DNA of 64,000 nucleotides from Rhina ancylostomus (lineage: Eukaryota): positions 30,409,120-30,473,119 of the forward strand of contig JARFYF010000022.1 of assembly GCA_030265395.1 (NCBI GenBank), in the 5' to 3' direction. Shown one piece after another: positions 37,310-47,915 of the stretch. The notes under the pieces are model-generated. The model saw only the letters and a list, made by a program, of their open reading frames with translations. It was not told the origin of the DNA and made no database searches. Both the position numbers and the translations under genes were made by a program. Every line of letters starts with the position of its first letter. The stretch's first letter is position 1.

Positions 37310-38925
37310 AAGTTCAATGGTCTTTATTTGAATGCACATAGCACATGCAGTAAGATAGATGAGTTGACAGCACAGATAGCAACATTACAGTGACATAGTT
37401 GCAGGGTAACCAGGCCTGGGAGTTCAATATTCCAGATTATATGATGTTCCAAAAGGAGGTGGGGTAATCAAGGAAAGTATCAGAGTGATGTTGAGTTGTG
37501 ATATAGAGGCAAGTGGATAGTAATGTGGAATCAGTTTGGGTCAAAATCATAAATAACTGGGGATAGAAGACATGGGTGGGATTAGTCCATGTGCCCCAAA
37601 ATGTGAACCTCTCGATAGGGCAGAGCGTAAATGGGAGAATATCCAGGGCATGTTTGAAAAGAACTGCAATTGTCATAGGAGATTTTAATATACATATTGA
37701 TTGGACAAATCAAACTGGCAAGGATATCGTAGAAGAAAAATTTGTGGAGTGTGCTGGGTTTTGCTTCTTAGAACAGTATGTTACTGAACCTACCCCAGGA
37801 ACAGGTTATTTCAGAAATGGTCATGAGTACTGAGGAAAGATTAATAAGAGATCTTAATGTTAATAATCACATTGTGACCATAATATGACAGAATTCCAGA
37901 TGCAGTTTGAGAGGGTGAACACCACAGGACGACACCACTGTCTTTAACTTAAATGAGGGCAATTATAATGGCATGAAGGTCAACTGGGAAAATAAGCTAA
38001 GAGGGATATCGCTGTGTTTGTGAAAGGGGTTATAAAAAGGCAGCTGCAGTTTAATCCAGACAAAGGTCAAATGATGCACTTTGGGAGAACTAATAAGGCC
38101 AGGACATATACCATGAAGGTAGGGTCTTTATGAGTACTGGGGAACAGAAGGACCTTGGAGTACAAGTCTATGGATCCTTGAATGTGGCAATGCATGGTTT
38201 GGAAGGCATATGGCATACTGGCCTTCATTAGTCAGGAAATTGAATACAGGAATAGGGAGGTTATGTGTCAACTTTATAAAACTTTGGTCAGACCTCAGCT
38301 ACAGTCCTGCATGAAGTCTGGTCATCAAGGTATAGGAAGGATGTGATAGCACTGTAGAGGGTGCAGAGAAGATTCACCAGGGTGTTGCCTGGGATGTAGC
38401 AATTCAGTTATGAGGAGAAGCTAGGTCTGTTCTCCCTGGAGTGGAGGAGATTAAGAAAAGACATAGGTTTAGGGTAGGGGGAAGAGAGTTAGAGGGGATA
38501 TGAAGGGGATGTTCCTCACCCAGAGAGAGACAAGTACAGGTCCTCCTCAGGTTATGACAAGGCGCCTTCCCTGTGAACAACAATAACCCGAACAGTTTGC
38601 AAGTCAGAAATGTGGCCGTGAACCAAGTTCTGATGTGGTAGAAGATGCCGCCAGTCTCCAAACGTTTGCTCATATGTATAGGCTGCACATAAGTCGCATG
38701 TCCGTAAGCTGGGGAGGACTTGTACTTGGAATGCACTGAGAGAGTGATTGAAGCTAGGTTGCTGACAGCATTTAAAAGGTGTGTCGATGAGCACTTAAAT
38801 CAATTAAGCACAGAGGACTATGGACCAAGTGCTGGTTGATAGCATTAATACGGAAGGGTGCTCAATGGTCAGTATAAATGAGTTGGACCAAATGGCCTGT
38901 TTCCATGCAATACAATTCTATGATT
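37310..38925 (+). mobile_element. CR1/HER1 LINE with APE endonuclease start joined to RT end and 3'UTR (internally deleted), interrupted by a MITE
   Basis: GLYLNAHS…KIDELTAQI and IVIGDFNIHIDW…FLEQYVTEPT are endonuclease motifs. From about 38040 the sequence reads QFNPDK…MHFG…DLGVQV…LYKTLVRPQL…RKDVIAL…VQRRFTR. The 3'UTR ends AATGGCCTGTTTCCATGC. Confidence 0.88.
38537..38722. mobile_element. Tigger/pogo-like (Tc1-mariner) MITE, 186 bp
   Basis: TIRs CAGGTCCTCCTCAGGTTATGAC and GTCCGTAAGCTGGGGAGGACTTG (rc CAAGTCCTCCCCAGCTTACGGAC). TA duplications at 38535-36 and 38723-24. Removing it restores the CR1 sequence. Confidence 0.88.
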
Positions 38926-40544
38926 TTACAATTCAGACTCCAAGCTCTCCGCTAATCCTCCCAGTTCTGACAACCAAACTCCCCCCTCCCCACACCCCCA
39001 CCNNNNNNNNNNNNNNNNNNNNNNNNNNNNNNNNNNNNNNNNNNNNNNNNNNNNNNNNNNNNNNNNNNNNNNNNNNNNNNNNNNNNNNNNNNNNNNNNNN
39101 NNNNNNNNNNNNNNNNNNNNNNNNNNNNNNNNNNNNNNNNNNNNNNNNNNNNNNNNNNNNNNNNNNNNNNNNNNGAGGAAGATGCACAATGGTGATTCAA
39201 TACTACCAGAGGCTTTGGACCCCAGGCACTAACGAATTTTGCTTTCAGCAATGCCAGTATGCTTCCTGGGGCTTTAATGTGCTATTATAGGAATCATATT
39301 TTAAGAATTTATTAAACCTTTAGTCTGCGTCATAAAGGTTTACTTTAACAATATTAAATGTACCATAAAGTTTTATCTTTTTTAGATGTTATAATCTGCC
39401 CTTTTGACCACATGTACATGGAATTTGGAGTTTTCAGGCAATAACTTACTCCTAAAGCATTAGTTGCAGAACTTGCTGTGCTAACCATCTGGATTCCCCA
39501 TTAATTCAGCAGGACTAGGGTTAATGCCAAATGGTGGGTTTCAGAAACAATTCTTTAACACAGCCAAGGTTAATTTAAATCCATGTACTCTACTTAACAT
39601 ACAGTGTCAGTTTTTCATTTCTCACAGGTGCTAATCCTATTGTGCTATGGTGTTGCTGCTGCCTACATGAGTGTTGACCACGATGACATATTCACTTACA
39701 TTTCTACGCTTTGGGTATTTCAATCCTTTAAAACTACATTAACTATTTCCAAAACTGTGACTGCAAGACAAAGTGCTATTTCTGCAGCAATATTTTTTTC
39801 AATTCAATATGGAATTATTTAAAAATTTGTCAGGCATAAAAATATAATAGACAAGTAAGTACTTGAACAATATTTTGAAGGTATTGGATATGAATTGGAT
39901 ACAGTAGGGCCTCACACCTTCTCTACTCTATAATGTTCTATCAGGAAAAAGATTTGATGAAATCACAATACTTTTGCAGTCAAATCATAGTAAACAATCA
40001 TTAGATGTACTCAAAACAATTACTTTCAGATCTATGAGGAATGTCTTTTGTACAACAACCTTGACGTTGGAAGAGTTAGTGAATCAATGCCTCTGTTTGA
40101 AACTGAATCTAAACAGGGACTGCATGTAGTCAGTGGATGTCTGAATGTCTCAAACAAACTGAACCTGAAGTCCAATCAGAACTCAACTCTCACTAGCTGG
40201 CTGCAAGTCAAATAGAAAAAAAAGGCTGTAAGGCTTAACCCTAGCTGTCCCCTGTTCAATCACTCCAATCTCCTCTGAGCTGGAGAATAGCAGCTGGGTG
40301 AACAGCTGGCAAATAGGATTAATGTCATAAGAATAAAATAAAAATCAACATATGTATCAGCCTCCGGTGTTAGGACTCTGCCTGATTGTGCCTTCATGGA
40401 TGGCATGTGTGCAGCTGTGAAGTGCCAAGATGGCATACTTCAATGCACTGCAAGGTCATCGTCTAACTACAAAACTTGATAAGTGCTTACAAAGCAGTTA
40501 GGCTTCTTCTTATTATAGGTTCTCAGACTAAGTTTCACACCAAG

Positions 40545-40795
40545 CAAAAATAGGAGAAAGTCAAACAACTTGGCTGAAGAGGCAGGTTTTAATGAACACT
40601 TAAAAGAGAGTTGAAAAATGGAAAGAAATGCAAAGCAAAATCCAGAGTTTAGAGCTTAAGCAACCAAAAGAACAGCCACTATTGGTGAGATGAAGTAAAT
40701 TAGGGATGTCAGAGATAGAAAGACTTGGATTTCTTGCAAAATAGTAGGGCTGGAGACAGTTGCAGAGGTAGGGAGGAATCTGAGCATTGAGAAGC
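40545..40795 (-). mobile_element. L2 LINE 3' end
   Basis: CTTGGCTGAAGAGGCAGGTTTTAATGAACACTTAAAAGAG…AATCCAGAGTTTAGAGCTTAAGCAACCAAAAGAACAGCC…GGCTGGAGACAGTTGCAGAGGTAGGGAGG, the reverse complement of the L2 ORF2 end. Confidence 0.7.
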
Positions 40796-40958
40796 NNNNN
40801 NNNCCAGGATTTATGTTCCCTAATTTTCATATAACTACATTAATGCAGATAAACTTTTTTAAAAAAGTGTTTCTCAATTCAAGTGCAGCAGAATCATCAA
40901 GATATAATACTAATTTCTAAAATGACTGGCATAAATATTCTATTTTCTATTTACAATA

Positions 40959-41192
40959 CAGGCAACCACTGCATTACAGGGGAGTGTTGTGTTCCTAGAA
41001 AACGGTCTGTATCACAATTTTCTGTAGTGCATAAAGAAATGCATGCTGAAAAAAAATGTTAATTTATGTACTTTTTTCATATAAATTCCATGAGGGTGAA
41101 TTTTATTCTGTATGAATTTTTGTGCACGAGTTCTGTAAGTTCTGTAAGTGTGCATTTCTGATGCCGAACCACCATACCGTGGGGATTGTCTG
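40959..41192. mobile_element. Tigger-like MITE, older copy
   Basis: TA-CAGGCAACCACTGCATTA…TACCGTGGGGATTGTCTG-TA: imperfect TIRs with TA duplications at 40957-58 and 41193-94. Confidence 0.65.
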
Positions 41193-41447
41193 TACTGTAA
41201 GATATAAAGTTAGAACATCTGATAATGTCGGTAATTCTAAATGTTTTGGGTTATAATCCGGTTACAACATTAAAGTGTGAAGTGAAAATATGTAATTATA
41301 CATTGGAACATTGTCAGCCATAGTAGTTCAGTAAAACAACCAATTTCCATTCATTCAATAACAAATGAATACAACCCCTTTCTGAAGTTAGCTCCTCGAG
41401 GGTGATTATTTTGGTGCTGAATGAAATTTAAGAAAGGAAAACAAATA

Positions 41448-41562
41448 AAACTGCAAAGGCTGGAATCTGAGACAGAAACAGAAATGCTGGAAGAACTCAG
41501 CCAGCAAAGCAGCATCTGTAGAAAGTTAAAATTTCAGGTTGTAGACCCTTCATCAGAACTGT
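41448..41562 (-). mobile_element. Penelope-type repeat with the best-preserved hammerhead core, sense to SOX6
   Basis: Minus strand ACAGTT-CTGATGA-AGGGTCTACAACCT-GAAA-TTTT-AACT-TTCTACAGATGCTGC…GAGTTCTTCCAGCATTTCTG. Confidence 0.8.
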
Positions 41563-41894
41563 CCGCTCTCTACTTTTGAAATTTAAGGAAGTTACTTTAA
41601 AAGATTTTGTACTCTGCTGTGCATATAAAGGTACAGTGAAGGAGTTTTGCTCTGTTTATTCTTTTTTCATGTTGTGCTATTGAGAGATATTGGAAGAAAA
41701 CTGATTTGTTTGACAGAGAAATACAAAATTATTCTCCTGATTGAATTTAAAATCGCACAAGTTTAGAAAAAATTAAGTATGAACATTTAGAAAATATCCA
41801 CCTTCTTCCCAAATGTTGGTTTTGACAGGCTCAGTTTTCTATAAATTAGAGTGACGCCAAGTTTTAATGTTGTAATTAAATCAGATTTAGAACA

Positions 41895-42215
41895 CTGATT
41901 GCTGACAGGTCAAGTCCAGGATAAATGACCAGAAAAGTGCATACTTGTGTGGCACTTTAGTTTGACCAGGTCAAGTTCAAGTCTAGGGTTTACAAACTCA
42001 AGAAATGATATCAGTACCTCAAAAAGATCCACCCAAGTTCAGCAGCAATGACTAGTTGATCATTAATTAGATCAATGCAAGCTCAGGGTTGATAGGCCGG
42101 ATAAGTGAATAGCCATAGCATGTTAACTGGATAAGGTCAGGCTCATGGCTAATACACTGAAGCTGTAAATACCTGCATCATATTAATTAGGTAAGTTTAG
42201 AATTAGAGCTAATGT
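41895..42215 (+). repeat. Decayed tandem array (about 60-bp spacing) rich in AGGTCA/AGTTCA hexamers
   Basis: Related words at about 41907, 41968, 42068, 42128 and 42188, e.g. AGGTCAAGTCCAGG, AGGTCAAGTTCAAGTCTAGGG, AGGTCAGGCTCATGGCTAAT. Confidence 0.45.
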
Positions 42216-42264
42216 ATTCAGTTCACTGCAGATTGAACCATTTTAAGTTAAATGGAGGTGTTTA

Positions 42265-42845
42265 TCAGTCTAATATTGTACAAATTTGCATAAGGATATA
42301 CTTGCCTTGGAGATGGTGCAGTGAAGGCTCAAATAATAATTTTAAAAAGTTTCCTGGGAATAAGAAGGTTGTTTTGGGATGATGGGAGTTTCCTTTGAGT
42401 AAAGATTTAGTAGAATGGGATTGCGCTCTGATTTTAGAAGGATGAGAGGTAATCTCAAAGAAAGCTATAAGATTTTGGAGGGGACATTTGATGGAGGTGG
42501 TGGGTAGATGCTGTAAAAGAGGCTTTCCTTGATTAGTGAGTGTGGAACTAGGGAGCATGCCCTTAGGTTAAGAGGTTAGTCACTAAAGACTGAGATGAGA
42601 ATGAATTACTTCTCTCACAATGTTGCAAATCTTTGAAATTCTCTACCCAAGAGGGCTGTGGATGCTGATTGTTTGAGTATATTGAAAGCTGAGATACATT
42701 TTTACACTCTGGGGGAATTAATAGACATGGAGATACAGCAGGAAAGTGGATTTAGGCCAAAGATCACATCATGATCATTGAACAGTAGAGCAGACACAGG
42801 AGGCCGCATGGCAGTCTTTTTCTGTTACTTATTTGCTTATTTCTC
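42265..42845 (+). mobile_element. CR1 LINE 3' end
   Basis: AAGGATATACTTGCCTTGGAG…TTTAGAAGGATGAGAGGTAATCTC…GACTGAGATGAGAATGAATTACTTCTCTCAC…AATTCTCTACCCAAGAGGGCTGTGGATGCT…. Confidence 0.8.
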
Positions 42846-43029
42846 AGTATTGTGTCAATTGTCAGCCCCTACACTGATAGAGTTAAGAGTCAACCACATT
42901 GATGGTCTAGNNNNNNNNNNNNNNNNNNNNNNNNNNNNNNNNNNNNNNNNNNNNNNNNNNNNNNNNNNNNNNNNNNNNNNNNNNNNNNNNNNNNNNNNNN
43001 NNNNNNNNNNCACGAAAATAGGTCAAAAT

Positions 43030-43262
43030 AGAGAAGCACAGAAGGATTCCTTCACTTATGGACATTAGTGAACCAGATGTTTTCTTTTACGACAAGCTAG
43101 TAGTTCCATGGTTACTTTTTTTTAATTCCATGTTTTTTTATTGAATTACTTAAATTTGAATTCCCCAGCTGGGATGGTGCGGTTCAAACTCCTGTCTCTG
43201 GATCAACAGTCCAGAGCTCTGGCTGCTCGTTCAGTAACTTAACCACTCTGCCACTGTACCCT
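43030..43262 (-). mobile_element. tRNA-derived SINE (5' part)
   Basis: Minus strand GGGTACAGTGGCAGAGTGGTTAAG (A box)…GGAGTTTGAACC (B box)…GGGGAATTCAAATTT…TTGTCGTAAAAG…TCTGGTTCACTAATGTCC. Its body matches 62345-62582. Confidence 0.75.
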
Positions 43263-44269
43263 GGAATTACCAAAGCATCAACAGATGTTTCGGCAGTCTG
43301 CCACTTTAAAATTCTTGTTCTGACAGATTTTTTTTAAACTCAGCTTAAGAAATCATACATAATGTTTTGATTTAACCCCATTGTATTTTGCAGCACGTTC
43401 TCATAGACTGTGCAATAAAATAACTTATCATGTTGCATCTTAAAATATGAATTTAGAAGTTTTAACTTTACTCCAAATTTCTCCTGTGATGTTGCTGATA
43501 TACAGTTACAGTGAATGACCACCTTGTAGAATCTCACCAAAGCAGCCACATTCCATCTATAACTTCAGGCAGTTAATATTGGCAGTCCATTCATCTATAG
43601 CTAGTTTAGTAAGCAAGTTCAATCCAAACCTCATCTCACATTCCTTCCAGCAGAAACAATGGAATAATGATAATAAAAAAAGAATGGGGGCCTTGAGTGC
43701 ATTATTTTTACTTTCTACTGGATAGGGGCAGTGAATTGAACTGTAATAGCCCTAACTTTATTCAACATAGATTGGGGGCTTAACCTGGAATATGGGCATA
43801 ACCTGAAATAAATGAGTTACCTGGAACGAGGCCTGTGAAAGATTTTTGAATTCCTGAAAGGATTCATATAAAGGAACTGAATAAACATGCAATGTTTCAA
43901 AAACAAACTCAAAATTCAACTGTTTATGTAAAATAAATGTTAAAGAGAGTCCTCCCCCACCTAATCTGAATGGCTCTGGTAATGAATCCAGCAGTTCTCA
44001 CTTCTTGCTTGAATTAGCTCTTTGTGTCCCATTGGAGAATAAAATCTGCTAGATCACTCACTATAGACTTATTATGTTTCAATGAGTATTTTACACACAG
44101 CATTTGGCACAATATATTGTGGAATACACTGGTGGGTACAAATTCAGCATGATCAATGCAAAATAAATTGGATTTTGAATTAAGTTCAAATCCACCTAGA
44201 AAGATAAAAAGTGTCTCATCATCAGATACTTCAGATTTGAGTGTACCCTGTTAGATAGAAATACATTAA

Positions 44270-44690
44270 TTGAGATCAAGGGTCCAGTAAACTATGGCTT
44301 AGTGGGTAAATATACTTGTATGGAATTTCCGTGGGGCTCATTATTCCAGTCTCCTGCTGTAACTTCTATGGTGGACCCGAGGAATCCCCTGAGAAGCTAG
44401 ACAAATAGCCAGCCTTTTTACATACATCAGGATGTCTCATAGCCTCTCCCCCAAGTTACATCAGGATAATCACTCCACTGAATTTCCAGGTCACTATCTG
44501 ATTATGTAGGATTGTAAAGTAAATATATATGATCAAGAGACGAGGAAAGGTTTGGTGGCTTTGCCTAGCAGGACATATAGCCTGGGTTCAGGCACAAAAA
44601 ATATCCACTGGATTGGTAAGCTAAAGGGTGTTTGTCACCCACAAAACCAAATCCCAACACAAGTTATCGTCATCAGGAGAGACAGGGAAT
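44270..44690 (+). mobile_element. LF-SINE-like element, decayed
   Basis: The tail GGCACAAAAAATATCCACTGG…TCACCCACAAAACCAAATCCCAACACAAGTTATCGTCATCAGGAGAGACAGGGA parallels 25140-25240. Confidence 0.45.
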
Positions 44691-45737
44691 AGATTAAAAA
44701 TTAATAATGGCCAGCAGCACAGAATTGGGAAGTGGGTTACCCCCTAATCAAACTGCAGAAAAATAGGAAGTATCCATCACCCAGGATTCTCATCCTGAAT
44801 ACAAGCCACACTATTTCCCAGGATTTGCATTCACTTCATGGAGCCACATTATTTGCTCTGTTTCCTTCAGTTCTGTTGTGTGACATTTAAACATCTGTCA
44901 TGCAAACCTTGTGGCCTTGTGGAATGTCCTGATGCATTGAAAGTATTTTGAAGGGAAGATTTTTTTTAGCTCTAACTCTGGGAAATGCTGCACAAGCAAT
45001 CTTGTCATTGGCATGTTAAGCACAATTCCTAGCATTTGCCCTTCCTGACCTCTGCACATGGGATCACAACAGATAAAGTCAAACACATCAACATCTGTTC
45101 TTGTTCACACTGATTTTTTCAGTTTAAAAATCTTAGCTATTCCTGAACCAGGTTCCATTGCACAATGGCAGATTTAAGATTTTTAATATAATACTGATTC
45201 TTAACATCAGTGCTCTTTAGATGGTATCCATATTGGTGGCTATCATGCTCAGTTAGGATTCACTGCCCAAACATAAAATCAGACTTGAACAGACAAGAAG
45301 ACTGAAATTTTACCAGAGGGAGACAAGACAGCAATTACCAGATTGAAAGTGAAGTTCAAAACTAGCCTATTACTTGAAGAGATCTGAAGAGCAAATGACC
45401 AACACAAACTGGTCAAAGGCTCCACTTACAACACTGCTAATGTTGCTGCTAATGGCCCTCACATACACCAGAAAAAACAAACTGGCACCATCACTGCAGA
45501 CCAGCCTAAAGGTTAAAAATAACACCACCTTTTCTCAAATCGCAATGGATAGGATGGAGGAGAATTAAATTTCCTTCCTGCTGAGGCATGTACCATTCTG
45601 ATTAAAATGTAGCTGGAAGCAAGAATTCTTTTCCCATTTTCAATAAAATAATACATCAGGGGTATAACAAAAACCAAAATGGGGAATGTATTGTTAGGGT
45701 ACCTATTTTGACAGTTTTAATGGAAACTTAATGAATC

Positions 45738-45845
45738 GGATGCCAAATCTGAAAAAAAAGGAACAGAAAATACTGGAAGGGACCAACACATTCATCAACA
45801 CATGAAGAAAAAAAGATAAGTTACAATCTTAAGGTGAGATCCTTG
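45738..45845 (-). mobile_element. Penelope-type repeat, heavily decayed
   Basis: GATGCCAAATCTGAAAAAAAAGGAACAGAAAATACTGGAA… matches the reverse family tail; the ribozyme core is not recognisable. Confidence 0.45.
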
Positions 45846-46607
45846 CTGGATTTAAATATTAGGAGTTTTTCACCAATTCCCTTTCAACCCACCAAACAAC
45901 CTTCTCCTCTCATCCCTCAGCTCTTCATATTTAGAGTTTCCCATATCGTCAATTACAATCCCAAACCTTCTTATTATATCCCTCAATCTCTTTCTTCTAA
46001 GAAGACAGTTGTGGATACAAACCAATACAAGCATCACTGTCTGTTATTTAGTCTTCACATACTTCAGTGCACATTCAATTGTTTTTATGAAGAGAGTAAT
46101 TAGAAAATCCAATTGACAAGTGTGAACACCATTGGTTAAAGTGAGCCCCTTAAAACGTATATTGAATTTAAAGCCAATTGCATATGCGTATGCGCCTGCC
46201 GAGTAACAGGCCAATAAAAGATACTAAGTACTTCAGTGTTCCAGTTTTGCCTCTTATTTTAATCAGTCTTCTATCTACTACTTCAGTACAAGACTTGCAT
46301 GATCATTCATTACATCATAAACAGATATTCACTAAATAACTTATTATGTATAAATTTTGTCATTTAAATTTAAAGAATATGCATTGTTTGTGTCATATTA
46401 AGGCACTAAATAAGCTTTTTAATAAGATGCTCCTAAATTTAGAGTAAGTGGATATAAGATGCTAACTTTTAAAACAAAATACCAACATTAAATTGCCACT
46501 GTGATTGGACTGTTAATGCAAAGTCAACATTTAAACAGAATTTCAATCGAATATTGTAATCATTCACAAGTACTCAAATTCATCACAGTCTTTGCCTCTA
46601 AATTTTC

Positions 46608-46665
46608 AGTGTGTGAGAGTGTGTGAGTGTCTGTTAAGTGTGCATGAGAGTGTGTGAATCCGTGT
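46608..46665 (+). repeat. Degenerate (GT/GA)n microsatellite
   Basis: GTGTGTGAGAGTGTGTGAGTGTCTGTTAAGTGTGCATGAGAGTGTGTGAATCCGTGT. Confidence 0.7.
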
Positions 46666-47759
46666 AAGCTTGAGTATATGAATCAGCATACTAACATGGG
46701 AATGAAAAGATTCAATAATCAGTGCTCAATTCAACTAAATTGGGCTGGAAATTGCTAGGGAATACTTACTCCTACACAAACAATCAGGAAGTTTGGGACT
46801 CCTGTACAAGAAGACTAAGTCCCAAACTTGCTAGTCAAGTTCTGCCAGCAGTTTCTTGAACATACTATGGAGTCCAATGATGGAGCACAATGCAAACTTT
46901 CTGAATTTCTCACCAGTTCTGCCAGGGATTCTGCCTGCTGAACCAGCACTTAATTCAACCCAGTGCAAGGACAGTAAACTCATTCATTTGAATGGAAAAA
47001 AACAACTGCAATGGAGCAAGGAAAGTACAATGTTTAAAGTAAAAATCATAAATGTTTTCTTTAATATTTATAACTGTTCAGAAGTATTTAAAAGTGCTTT
47101 AATATTATTTTTAATGGTTCATTTTTTATTGTTTAATTTATTATAGATTTTAAATGTTTCTGAAGTCATGGCCATTCAGAATTATTCAAAGTTCTCGATA
47201 GTTTTGATAACTGGCAAAGCAGTGGCAAGGCATTGCTAGTGGTCAAAGTATGTTTCAGCTGGTTTATCAGCTGGCTCTGTTCTGGCCTTCCCACATGATG
47301 ACATTACCTCATTTTAGGCCATGCCACCATGTAAGGGCTTGCCATGTTGGATCAGGACCTTACTTGCCAGCAGATCTCCACTGGAGGTTCCACAAAGGAC
47401 ATGTTCATACTTCTTCCATTTGTCAATGGAATGCTCTTTGTTCCAAAAATCAACTTGAGTCAAATCCAAGCATTCCATTGTTAAGAGGCCTAATTTGACA
47501 GATTTTTTAACCTTTATTTTTTAAATTTGTTTTTCAGTATGGTCAAGACCTCATTTGGTATCTGCATTCCTGATGTGATACTGAAGCAGATGATCAAAGA
47601 ATATCCCTGGCTTGATCCGTAGTCTAGAGTGAGACTGGTAATTCTGCCAAGGGCTGTAGAAGCATTCCTTTTGGCTTGAAAGTTCTTAATGAGGAAAGGA
47701 AGAGGGTTTAGGAAATATCAGATAGGCTTCCAATTCTTGTGACCTTACTGAAAAGAGCA

Positions 47760-47915
47760 TTAGTCTTATTGTCAGGTTGGTGGAGAACCAGGCTTGCACT
47801 CTTCTTACATCAGTTAACCTGATGGTACTCATTGTCTGGGCTCATGCATGAAGAATAGCAGCATGGTAGCAGTGGCTGGCAAATGTCCATGGAAATACCC
47901 TAGAACCTTCAGCAA
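47760..47915 (+). mobile_element. LF-SINE-like tail fragment
   Basis: GGTACTCATTGTCTGGGCTCATGCATGAAGAATAGC…GTCCATGGAAATACCCTAG…ACCTTCAG. Confidence 0.5.

Noticed and set aside
43170-43262. tRNA gene (A and B boxes); similar heads at 10597 and 59918
   Set aside because: There is no cloverleaf, and the boxes continue into SINE bodies.
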